A stretch of 64,000 nucleotides of DNA from Eledone cirrhosa (taxonomy: Eukaryota). Below, one piece after another: positions 52,142 to 64,000 of the stretch (position 1 is its first letter; every line of letters begins with the position of its first letter). The position numbers and the translations under genes were made by a program. Location of the stretch: contig OZ024747.1 in assembly GCA_964016885.1 (NCBI GenBank), forward strand, positions 49,290,001 through 49,354,000. Reading direction: 5' to 3'. The notes beneath the pieces were generated by a model. That model saw only the letters and a list, made by a program, of their open reading frames with translations. It ran no database searches and had not been told where the DNA came from.

Positions 52142-52267
52142 ATGGCAGCTCCCCTGGATAGTTGCTGTACGACTGGCAAAGATAATACTGCCGACATTCA
52201 TACTAACACGAAAGAAACATTCAAGGATCCATTAACAAGTGCTTTGGATAAAGACAGTGAAGATGAG
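52142..52267 (+). CDS. Probable first coding exon of a divergent gene (MAAPLDSCCTTGKDNTADIHTNTKETFKDPLTSALDKDSEDE); identity unknown
   Basis: gatATGGCAG start context, 126 nt open, GAG|gttagt donor at phase 0. No downstream exon was recognised in the window. Confidence 0.65.
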
Positions 52268-53580
52268 GTTAGTTATTACTTATTTCATCTGGTTCTCTTC
52301 TGTCTTTATATGGAGAAAAATCCTCCTTGTGTTATTATAATAATTCCATTCACGTCGAGGATGATTTATTGGAATATATGCGACTTTCGTTCACGTAATG
52401 TATATATTATACACCTTCTGCCCACTACTAGCTTTCAAGGTGCCATATCTCTGTTGCAAGTGATTGTAATTAATCAATAAAGCAACAAAGGGATTCACAG
52501 TGTCTATAAAAGAAAAAAGGGTATTTAGTTTTACATGGTACTGTTAGCTAGTAGTTTTGTTTGCGAAGATTATGTATTACTATTAAATACACCGTTAAAC
52601 CTGCTATTAAAGATTTTACCTTCGATGGCAGCCTTAAAATAGCACACATGCATACATATACACATACATACACATACATACATATACATACTTATACACA
52701 TATATACATACATTATGAACTTCGATCGGGTTATTTACATCTGTGTGTGTGTGTGCTAGAATTGTGTCTACATATAATTCATTCCTTTCTCAACTAAGGT
52801 TTCTTATTGAAACAAAGCCACTACTCAGATCTACTATATCTTTATCCTAAATCTTCATAAACACAGTACACTACAAACGAAAATAACAAATCCCCCCCCC
52901 CCCCTTCTTAAAAAAACTCGATTTTTAAGCATGAATTGTAACTTCACTCTACTTCTAGCTTTCCACGTTATTGGATTTTATTTAGAGTCTGCATATGATC
53001 TCCTCGAATATTTATTTCTTCTATTGATGTCACTGCTCAACAAAACCAATCTGTTTGTATTATACGTGTAATGTATTGCTGTGATCGGTCTACCTACCTG
53101 TCCAAATTTGCTGTTGTTTGGAACTAGTCACGCCCCCACTTTTTGTCACTAACTAAGCAATGTCTGTGGAACAATCAACTATTTCTTTTTTTTATTTTTA
53201 TTACTATACACGTTGCATTTAACACAGATGAACTATATATATATATGTGAGGAAAATGCGAAGTTGTAGATGTTAGTCTTTTATTAATTGAGCCGTTATA
53301 CATTTCCATGACGATAAATATCGTGTTTTCTTCAGACAGCAAAATTAAGTCAAAGGTAACATTTCCGGGACAATTATGAGTGGAAGGGAACGGACTAAAA
53401 AAAAAAAATGTATGTTTTTGCTTTGGATGTCCGCTCCCTTCTCTAACATCTGCAACTTCGCATTTTTCTCTTTATAAATATACTCCATCATCCTTGTTTT
53501 AAAGAAGTAATATGACGTCGAGTGCTTGAAGTGAATTGCATCCTTATATACCATCCTTATATACCGAATGTGTGTGTGTG

Positions 53581-53650
<70 letters not shown>

Positions 53651-53789
53651 GAGGGGGGGGGGGGTAATGTATTATTTACCTCCCACCGCTTTTGTCGTGT
53701 TCTGCCTTTAAGTTTCAAGAGGTCGATAATATAAGTATCGGGAGGATTTAGTCTCGTGTCACACACAAGGTAGTTACCGAAGTAGTGTA

Positions 53790-54170
53790 TATATATATAT
53801 ACACACACACACACAGTTGTAGTTCCTGTCTGTTTGTTCACGAACTCCTATGGTTTTGGAGATAGACCCCCAAACCATATATATTCTGAAACTACAGGGT
53901 ACTTGGATAAGTATATTTCATTTTAATCAAAGGGTTCCCTGGGGGCACAAACCCCCGCTGAAATGTTTTCCCCTTCGATTTTTATGAAATTTAAACCATA
54001 GGTAAATGGCAAGATAATATGGTACCTATTCACAAAATTTCAGCAAATTTCAATAATATTAAGACACCCTAATGAGGTTTTTCTCCATAAATTATATCAC
54101 TTATTTAAAATCAATCACCATTTTCTTACAAAAAATGTGAAACGCAGCAAGGCACGGGTAATTCGGCTAG
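53790..54170 (+). mobile_element. Short non-autonomous Helitron
   Basis: 3' end aacgcagcaaggcacgggtaattcggCTAG|T; 5' region with ctgtctgtttgttc typical of Helitron derivatives. The 5' boundary is approximate. Confidence 0.65.
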
Positions 54171-54264
54171 TGTGTGTGTGTGTATATATATATATATAAA
54201 GTTTATCCCGGGTTCAATCGGAGGTAACCACAGTAAGATACTCAATACAAAGCAGAGTATAAAT

Positions 54265-54373
54265 ATTTAATATAGAAATGGCTTCTACATGACTTGAACT
54301 GTTTCATTCAGGATAAATCATCAGGAAGCTCGGTGATTTCTCCTGAATGAAACGGTTCTAGTCCTGTAGAAGC
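54265..54373. repeat. Fold-back copy of the 51092-51280 repeat family with a CTGATGA...GAAAC hammerhead-like remnant on the minus strand
   Basis: gcttctacatgacttgaactgtttcattcagga / tcctgaatgaaacggttctagtcctgtagaagc. Confidence 0.7.
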
Positions 54374-54395
54374 TCTCTCTTTCTCTCAATCTATC

Positions 54396-54436
<41 letters not shown>

Positions 54437-56658
54437 TTAGGACGTGGTGCAGACGGGAGAAATGTACTTAACATGTATATAATAAAGTATACAGTATCTA
54501 TTAATTCAAGTCTGAATCCTAAGCTTCGATTAAATATAATATATACACACATCTATAACTGTAAATATATAGTTATAGATGTATATATTGTATATACACG
54601 CAGGTACAGATATGTGTGTGGAGCTCCAAAAACCAAGTTGTTTAACCTCCGGTCAGACTAAATTGAGCAACGCCTATAATCGAAGGCGCCCCAGCCATGA
54701 CTAACCTGTTCTTTTCCTCGCACATTGAATATCTAGAAATACATGATCCGATGAATTTTCCCGTCTCGCTATTCTCCTTAACCCCTATCTCTCACCTCTA
54801 TCTTACCCTCTCTTTCCCTTTTAAGAATTTTGACTGTTATTTCTAGCAGGCTGAGCGATCACATCGAGGCTGGCAGGTGTCATGTATAATTTTAGTTTCC
54901 TTCATTAACCCATTTACCTCATAGTCTCTCTCTCTGTCTCTCTGTCAGTCTCTCTCTCAGTCTCAGTCTCTATCTCTATCTCTCATAACCAAGACCTCAT
55001 TTCACGTTGACATTGATGATAGTCTGAGGTTCCTATCATTAAAACACCTGATATTGAACCTCGCAGCTAAACCTACATTGGTGTGAACTGTAAATTTCAT
55101 CTTCCTTATACCTCCATATCTTCCAGTAGACAGATAGATATTGCACCTCCGTTGTTGCCAACGACGAGTGTTCCAATTGATGCGATTAACGGAACAGCTT
55201 CCTCGTTAAATTAATGGTGCAAGTAGCTGAGCATTCTACAAACACGTGCACCTTTTAACATAGTTCTCAAGAAGATTCTACGTGACTGTGTGAATTATAA
55301 ATACAACCCATTTTTCTTTCGAGTTGTGTTGACTGGAGAAACGTGTCTTGCTCAAGGACACCAAGCACTGTTGAGAATCGAACTTATAATCTTCCAATGA
55401 TTGAGTTGAACGGACATCTTATCCAGTAAGCCACGCGTCATTACAGACGGAAAATAAAAAGGTTTCCATTCCATTCAGTGAGATGTTTCTGATTTAATAT
55501 TTAAATAATTGTTTCTACTTCTGGCACAAGGCCTAGTAGATTATTGGTACTTTATTTTATCGACCCCGTAAGGATGAAAGGCAAAGTTAACCTCGACGGG
55601 GGAGGGGGGAGATATATTACCAATTCCAATGATTGCATCTCACAACGCCTCATTTTCTCCTACATATTTTATTTCTCTTATTCTCTTTCTTACCTTATCC
55701 CCCCCCCCCTCTTATCTAATTCCCCACTCTCTCTCTCTCTCTCTCTCTCTATCTTATGCCCCCTCTCTCTTTCTTACCTTATTCCCCCTCTCTGTTTCTT
55801 AACTTATTTCTCCCGCTCTCTCTATCTTATGCCCTCTCTCTCTTTCTTATCTTATTTTCCCCCTCTCTCTCTCTTCTATATTCCCCCCTCTCTCGCTCGC
55901 TTTTCTTGTTTTCTGTCTGTCTCTGTTTTTCTCTCCTCTAACACTCATCCCATCTCTTTTTTTTTGCCCCCACCCCCGGTTATACTCTCACAACTTGCTT
56001 GTTTTTAATTTTAAATCTGCTTTTCTTCATAATACAATTCTCTCTCACACACTTTCTCCCTCGTATTATCCCCTGCCTTTCTTCATAATACAATTGCCTC
56101 TCCCTCTCGTATTATCCTTTTCCTTTCTTACAATTGTCTCTCTCTCTCTCTCTCGTATTATCCTCTTCCTTTCTTACAATTGTCTCTCTTTCACTCTCTC
56201 GTATTATCCTCTGACTTCCTCTCACGCGCTACTACTTCTCATGTATGACCGTCCACATCTGAACAATAAGTCGGATTATTCACTAGTCAGCTGTATTTGG
56301 CAAAACCCACTGAAGCAGCGTGGAAAAACAAGAAATACAACCGACCTAGAATCTAATTGACATGTTTAACACCGGACGATGTTGTGGTCATCCCACAAAA
56401 TGATTGTAATAATTCTTTAACCTAGGATGGGGGATTGGCAGTATCGTGGCATTTAGTTAGTTCTTTACATTCTGAGCTTACATTTCTTTGAGGTCAATTT
56501 TGTCTTTTATTTATCTTTCCGCTATCGATAAAGTACAAATCAGAGACTGGAGATCAATGGGATTAACCCTACCCAACGATTGTCGGCATTGTGACTAAAT
56601 TAGAAGTTATTATACTTTAACTATTTCAGGTTTAACAAGATGACAAACCTAGACCAAT

Positions 56659-56689
<31 letters not shown>

Positions 56690-58347
56690 CTTAGCCTGCA
56701 TTTTTAACTACACAGTTCACTCATCCACGCCAAGTCATGTGACATGTCACAGCACCATACGGTTATCTCCACTGCTTTGCATATTTCGACAACGTTGCTT
56801 CATGGCAAAGATATTTAGCGATTTATTTATCATGGAAAATTATTTAATTATACAAATCTGTATTGAACTGTGATCCTTTATGGTTCAGTAATGAACCTCA
56901 ATGAGGTCTGCATCCTAGTTGGTTTTAAGGGTAGCGCCAGTCCTGCTGATAAACGTTATTGAAAAACATAAAACATAAAAATACGTAACATTTAAAAAAA
57001 TGACATAAGATAGGGGAACCTCATCGACGGTTTCCTTTCCTTGCCAGTCACCATTGAGACCTCTCTTGTCCTCGGTCCCCCATCTGTCGTTTTCAGCTCC
57101 ACAACATTTGGGAGCCTCGTAAAGTGGAATGACTGCTACCTTCGTCATTTTGTTCACGGTGCACAACTAAGATATTCCACCCGGATTGGGGTACAAAGTC
57201 TTGCCCTTCCTTTGATTTCATTTTTTTTTTTTTTTTTTTTGCAAACTTACATATGTGTGCAAATAAATAACGGTTGTAATTGAGTGGTCGTTAAACGAAA
57301 TGTGGGCCGTTATGTGAGGAGTGACTATAAACCTGTAAAAGTGTCACTTGACTGCTGACTTTTTAATCAGTAATAATATTTCACCTGCTTCTGGAAACTT
57401 AGCTAATTACATTTAGAATATAATCACCTGCCCACAAAAATTTACCTCTTTCATTAATTAATTGATCTTAATATAACATGTGATGGATTTTTATATAATA
57501 AACATATCGACTTCGTTTTCAATGATGTGTAACGATTGATTGAATTTCTGAAAATACCTCTTTTGTGCATTTGTGTATGTGTGCGCGTATTTTTGCATAT
57601 TGATCTATTTAATCGGGCGAAATGGAGAAGGCACAAATTCTAGTTTCTCATTTCGGTTCTTCAGAAGTGTATGTGTAGAACCATAACAAATACGGCAATG
57701 TCATTTTATCCAACGCTCTACCAATCGCTCCCCTCCCCTCCCCTCTAGATAGTGGTAGTGAGAGTAGTAACAATCAATGAAGAGTGACATGAGTGATGGC
57801 TAACGATAAAAACAAAAATTGTGATGGTAAAGATACTATCATGTGTGTATAATGTGTCATCATCATCATCGTTTTACGTCCATTTCTCCACGCTGGCATG
57901 CGTTAGACGAGTTGTCCTGTTGTAAGAAATACTAAGTCAGGTGATCATGTCTTGCTGATACAGAACTGTTTCTGGCTTGGTTTCTAAAGCTGGATGCCCT
58001 TCCTAACGTCAACCTCATTTACAGTAAGTACTGGGTGCTCTTTGTTGTGACACCTACACAATCAATTTACAGTGTGGACTGGGTGTTCTTTGTCGTGACA
58101 CCTACACAACCAATTTACAGTGTATCGACTTGTCCTCATGAGAGATGTGTAGGTGGGGTGGTGCATACTGTATATATGCTTCATATACTGTATATGTGTG
58201 TGTGTAAGGATGGTTTTCCGAAGGAATCAGAAAAAAATCAGTTAAAAAAGGTTTCAAAACGTTGGTAGAGAAGAATCATTTGCTTGATACGAATGAAACA
58301 GTTCTAGCCCTGGAAAAGTCATTTATATATATATATATATAAATATA

Positions 58348-58650
58348 GGAGGCACACGGCTTAGTGGTTAGAACATTGGCCTTGCAATCGAAAGGTTGTG
58401 AGCTCAATTCTCAGACCGGGTGATGTGTTGTTTCCTTGAGCAAGACACTTTATTTCACATTGCTCCAGTTTACTCAGCTGTAGAAATGAGATGATAGGGA
58501 CTGGAGTGTAAGTGCCATGGCAGAAAAAGCACCCAGCACTCACTGTAAATGAGGTTGGTGTTAGGAAGGGGATCCAGCTGTAGAAATCAAGCCAGAATCG
58601 GTTCCCGTTCCACCCTTGCAAGCAGGGAGAAGCGGACGTAAAATGAAATG
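58348..58650 (+). mobile_element. SINE family B, near full length
   Basis: ggaggcacacggcttagtgg head, CORE-like body, tail cccttgcaagcagggagaagcggacgtaaaatga. Confidence 0.9.
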
Positions 58651-58679
58651 ATGAAATGAAATAATGATATATATTTCGT

Positions 58680-59080
58680 TTCTGAATTTGTTTAGCAAGA
58701 TTCTTTATCTGAAAACATGTGTTGAAACCGATATTGTTATACTTTGGGAGGGTCATGTTGCCAATAAGAAACACACGCACCAGTTGCTTTCACTCCAATT
58801 TATTATAAATTAAAAATTTTTTAATAAATTTCTGGTTGGTTGGTTGGTTCCACAACCGGATGGTTGTTCATATATTGTCAAAGTTCTTTCGTCACACATT
58901 CTGTGACCTCTTCAGTGACTGGGGATTCTTTTCTTTGTTTTGTGCCTCTTCTTTGTTCTGTCCTATGCCATCTTGATGGTGTTGGACAGTAAATTTATAA
59001 TTTAATTTATAATAAATTGGAGTGAAAGCAACTGGTGGATGTTTCTTATTGGCAAAATGACCGTCCCAAAGTATAACTAT
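58680..59080 (-). mobile_element. Penelope pseudo-LTR remnant with internal inversion and hammerhead-type motif (58877-58919)
   Basis: Homologous to 46475-46655; ~58735-58812 is inverted at ~59002-59077; minus strand GTCA-CTGAAGA-G-GTCACA-GAATG-TGTGAC-GAAA-GAAC-TT-TGAC. Confidence 0.7.
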
Positions 59081-59210
59081 ATATATATATATATATATAA
59101 TATTAGAGTGAGGTTTTTTTTACAAAATGAAAAAAAAATGAGATGTCCTCCATGATTGAAAGTATAAGGAAAAAAGATGAAATCGAAAATGCAACTGGAG
59201 TCTTTTTTAC

Positions 59211-59241
<31 letters not shown>

Positions 59242-59363
59242 TATTTATTTGGTCCCTTTACCGGTTTCGCAGTTCTTCTGCTTTTCAAAAGTAGAATTGA
59301 GATGGAGGGTTTGGTTTTTCTCATCATCAGATATATATCTCACATCTGATATATTTCTCACAT

Positions 59364-59401
<38 letters not shown>

Positions 59402-59439
59402 AAGACGTGATAGTGTCTGTTGTAAACACTAAATCCCTC

Positions 59440-61137
59440 CCCCATGAAGAATGCACCTCCTAACATTGACTCATCGTCAGCGACCTCATAGTCAGGACAA
59501 GATATACTCGATAACAGAGGAGGATTATCCCCAGGAGAAAAATATGGAAGCTAAAGGACCCCACAGCCAGTCGTACAATATAGAGGAACTGGGAATTCCT
59601 GAAAGCTAACCTGCTGAAGGCAGCAGATGAAGTCTGTGGCTGGAGCAGGCCTATAGGCAGGAGGAGAGTAACGTGGTGGTGGAACAGTAAGGTGGAGGAG
59701 TCAATTAAGGCTAAAAAGCAGGCTTGGAAAGTATGGCGGGATGGGGAAAGTAGAGAAAACTATCAAGTGGCCAGGAGGGAAGCTAGGAGACAAGTGTACT
59801 TCGCAAGAAAGGAAGCAGAGGAAAGAAAGTTCAAGCATGTTCTACAACGTGAGGTGTTCAGGATTGTTAGGCAATGTGTCAAGGAAAACCGTGATATTGT
59901 CGGGGAGAAGTGTGTCCTTAATGATGATGGTGAACTTGCCATCACTGACGCTGATAAGAAGGTAGCTTGGAAGTGTCACTACGAAAGGCTACAAAATGAG
60001 AACAAATGGGAGAAAGACACTTCCCCACATCGATCCAATAGAGGGACCAGCAGTGCTAGTTGAAGGTAGTATAATAAGTAAGGCAATCAAAGATATGAAG
60101 ACGGGTAAGGCGGCTTGGCCTTCGGAAATAGTTGCTGAAATGCTGAAAGCATCTGGAACGGTGGGACACTATGGTCACCCGGATAGTAAACCAAGTCATA
60201 CAGAATGGGGTCGTTCCGAAGGATTGGCGTAGCAGCATCATCATTAACAAGGGTAAAGGAGATGCCCTAGATAGGGGTAACTATAGAGGCATTAAATTAA
60301 TCGACCAGGTCATGAAGGTCACAGAAAAAGTAATAGTGCAACTAATCGGAGAGCGAATCGATCTAGATGAAATGCAGTTCGGGTTTGTGTCGGGTAAAAG
60401 TACCACAGACGCTCTTTTCATTGTACGGCAACTACAGAAGTACCTAGCTAAAAGTAAACCCCTATACATGAACGGCAAAGCATAAACGGACTAAGGGAGA
60501 AATTAGGAATAAGAGGGATCAGATGTTGTTTACTCGAGAGAAGACTACGTTGGTACGGTCACGTGATGCGCATGAAAGACGACAGCTGTATAACAAAGTG
60601 CAGGGCGATAAAAATAGACAGTAGCCACGGAGTAGGCAGACCTAGAAAAACCTGGGACAACTTGATAAATTCCGACATCATACACTTACACCTCTCCAAG
60701 ACAATGTCACTGGACCAAGATCTTTGGTGCTACACAGTAATACAGAAGACCCGCCTTGCCTAAGTACAAAGCGAAACCTACAGTCAGTAGGCACCTCTAA
60801 CAAAAATACACCCCCGTCCCACTACCCCCACCCCATCCACACCACTCCTTTCAATGTAAAGTTATGTTGGTACCACAACATCCAGTCCTAAACAAATGAG
60901 GTCGTGTAGGTGTGACAAAAAAAAACACACGGTCCACGCTGTAATGTGGCCGTGTAGGTAACACGGTAAAAACCTCCCAGTCCACACTGTAAACGTGGTT
61001 GGTGTTAGGAAGGGCATCCAGCCGTAGAAAACCCGCCAGACAGTCTTATACGAGCAAGACAACCAATCTTGCCTCAAGTGGGAAAACTCCCGTCCAAACC
61101 CATGTTAGCGTGGAAGATGGACGTTAAATGATGATGA
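59440..61137 (+). mobile_element. Internally deleted RTE-clade LINE with SINE-like 3' extension
   Basis: TWWWN, MKTGKAA, GNYRGIKL and QFGFVSGKSTTDA, then a jump at ~60466 to the C-terminal RLRWYGHV region; ends ggacgttaaatgatgatg. Confidence 0.9.
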
Positions 61138-61596
61138 TATAGTGGCAAATTGGCAGTCATTAGAACGAGGAATAGAATGCTATATGGTATTTGTTCTGGC
61201 TATCTGGTCTCTTGAGTTCAAATCCTGCTATGGTCAACATTGCCTTTCACCCTTTCAAGGTCAATAAAAAAAAGTACCAGTCTAGTACTGTGGTAGATTC
61301 TTCCTCTATATCTCTTTTCTATCACTTTCTATGTTTCTCTGTAAGAAAGGCTCTGTACTCGGGCCGGGAGAGGGATGGCCTCCGCCAGGCTTAAAGCCCC
61401 CAAGAAATGCTGTATGTCAATATGACGCTTCTATGATTCTATCAGAAGTTACGGGACCAAACCATACCATACCATACCATACCATACCATATTTATACCT
61501 CTTTATCATCGACCAGTTCTGTTTCACACCTACCTTGTATGGGCTAGGCAGCTTGCCACACTATTTTTTGGCTTCTTTTCTATGCCTGGATCCCTT

Positions 61597-61650
<54 letters not shown>

Positions 61651-61852
61651 TGTTTTATAATTTTATAAATGTTTACCAATAAAGAGAGTTGCTTTTTAAT
61701 ATAGTTACAAGACTCTCTCATTGGAATTTAAGCATCAACTAGGTAGATATGTCTGCATGTATGCGTGTATGTATGTGCCGGTGTGGATGTTAATGTATGT
61801 GTGCATGTACATTTTGAATTGTGTGTATGTACATATACTTTGTGTGTGTATA

Positions 61853-62022
61853 TAATTGTTTCTACCTTTGGCACAAGATCAGCAATTTACCCAGTGCATT
61901 ACTGGTACTTTATTTTATCGACCCTGTAAGGATGAAAGGAAAAGTTAACCTCGGCGGGATTTGAACTCAGAATGGCAAGGACCGTAACTCTATATGTCAA
62001 AGCTTGGCGTCCGACCCTCTAT
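61853..62022 (-). mobile_element. SINE family A
   Basis: Core as in 385-571. Confidence 0.88.
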
Positions 62023-62531
62023 ATATAATACAAGGACGATTTGTTAAGCTTTCATTACTTTTATTGATTGGTGACGCGCATTTCACTATTGATCAGCTCA
62101 AGGTTCGATCTGTATCGAAAGCTCGTCGGACTTCTGCTGTTGCAATGGCAGAATTAACATATAAAGAAATGTCTGTAATGTTTCACATTCATATGGTGGT
62201 CAGTTTGTTGTTTTGATTGGTGGTTTAGCTATGAGCAATGTTTTGGCATGTGTGGTAGGTGAGGGAGGAGTATAGTGACGAGGTGGGGGTGGGAGCAGTG
62301 GTTGATGTGAGTTGCAGGGGGGGGGGTGTTTTGGTTTATCATAGACATTTTGGTGTGTACTTGGTGAGGCAGAGGGGCTGTATGTGTGTGGATGTGGTAT
62401 GTTGCTTGATGGAACATGAGTGCGATGCTGTACTAGGCATAGTGGGGTTTCTGCTGGTCATCAGTTTGTCACGGAAGGTTGAGTGGAAAGGAGCGGTGAA
62501 TCTACAGTAACTTCATGTTACACTCCCTCGT

Positions 62532-62563
<32 letters not shown>

Positions 62564-62703
62564 CAGGGAATGTAACGCGCAGTTACTGTACGTTCATCCG
62601 GGTGAGCACTCAATGTTTAGGTTCACGTCTGTAGTTACTCCTTCATAACGTTTATTGGTTGGTGAAGCGCATTTTGCCACCGATCAGCTCAAGGTTCGAT
62701 CTA

Positions 62704-63075
62704 CGAGGGCAATCCCAAAAGTAAGGTCTCCTTCCGATATTGCAACTTTTCCGTTAAAATCCTGTGGATGGTGCTTCGCGGAACCTCAGCAACTAAAATG
62801 CAGAGAGCATCCAGAGTGATCCTCCGATCTTTACGTATGTTTTCCTCGGGAGGAGACCTTACTTTTGGGATTGCTCTCGTATATAATAACTGCACGAAAT
62901 TCGCACTTGGCGGTAACGTTCAAACGGCTGCCAAGATTCAGCATCCCAGCGAAGCGCACGCATGCTTGTTTGCGAGTGAAGGAAGCACCAATCGCAACAG
63001 TGTTGCCAACAGCCGTACGAACAGTTTCTCTGCATCCCCATCGCTTTGGAGACCTTACTTTTGGGATTACCCTCG
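62704..63075 (-). mobile_element. mariner-derived deleted elements with three TIRs
   Basis: TA|cgagggcaatcccaaaagtaaggtctcc at 62704; inverted TIRs end at 62879 (followed by TA) and 63075; transposase HTH remnant IRKDRRITLDAL...STIHRILTEKLQYRK. Confidence 0.85.
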
Positions 63076-63757
63076 AAGCATGACTCTGTAATCAACGGCT
63101 CATCAGACCCTTTTTGGTGGTAATGATAGAATGAATATACATGGTGTACAATATCTATCTATCTATCAACAATATTAATAAATAGAAAAATATCATTTAA
63201 ATACCATATTTATTCTATTATACGTATTTCAAGGACACAAAGATTTTGTGTGCTTACATCAGATAAAATATAATATTTAGTGTTAAGATATACATATAAC
63301 CTTAGCATAGTCTTAATAGTATAAGCTTGCTAACAGTAGTGAGGTACAAATTCAAATTACAATGATATAAGTAAACGAGGATACATTAAAACAGAAAAAG
63401 ACTGTTATTATAGACGCTACATAAATTTTGAAAAATAGCGTATTTATATTGTTCGTGTGGTGGTCGTTAAAGTGTGAAGTATTGGTGTAGACGGAAAAAA
63501 TGAAACGAAATTTCATTTCCCACTCTTAGTACGGCTGTTACTTAAATATAAGTCTGTACACGTACATACATATATGTATACAGATGTACAGTAGTATGTA
63601 TATATATATATACATACGGATTCACTGAACATTTATTATGATGCTCGGTGTGTTTGTAAACAAACATCCCGTATTATGCCGTAGTGTCTAGCAACCATCG
63701 TTGCTCGTTTTTTCGTCGAAACGGCTTGAGCTCAGCCGTCGGGGTCTTACTGGTTCC

Positions 63758-63772
63758 TATATATATTTTATA

Positions 63773-63821
<49 letters not shown>

Positions 63822-64000
63822 ATATATATTTTATATATATATATATATTATATATATATATATATTTTATATATATATATATATTTTATATATATATATA
63901 TATTTTATATATATATATATATTTTATATATATATATATATTTTATATATATATATATATTTTATATATATATATATATTTTATATATATATATATATTT
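63758..64000. repeat. (TA)n microsatellite with tttt interruptions
   Basis: Visible directly. Confidence 0.97.

Noticed and set aside
55544-56360. Hydrophobic L/S/F-rich ORFs as exons of the divergent gene
   Set aside because: Pyrimidine-rich low-complexity DNA with no supported exon structure.

Overview
AT-rich, repeat-dense animal DNA. The SINE/LINE repertoire points to an octopus-type (coleoid) cephalopod; this is an inference. One complete host gene can be assembled from its splice sites: INIP/SOSS-C on the minus strand, 5 coding exons across 26324-51784, 168 aa. It is head-to-head, with 357 bp between the ATGs, with the first coding exon of an unidentified plus-strand gene (52142-52267). 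The rest is mostly repeats: a ~6 kb 7-mer CTAG-rich satellite, many minisatellites, a decayed Rep-Helicase Helitron inside a 34-bp minisatellite, non-autonomous Helitrons, RTE, CRE and CR1/L2 LINE fragments, a Penelope-like element with an inverted pseudo-LTR and a hammerhead-type motif, two tRNA-derived SINE families, and piggyBac, Tc1 and mariner MITEs. The most striking observation is a TSD-flanked RTE-like LINE copy (30129-31176). Its 3' half shows heavy sense-strand A-to-G change with ADAR-like neighbour bias, and looks like a hyper-edited RNA that was reverse-transcribed into the genome. INIP introns are also rich in fold-back sequence, including a ~0.7 kb inverted pair bracketing exon 2. 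All calls were made by eye, and repeat boundaries are approximate unless TSDs or termini are quoted.
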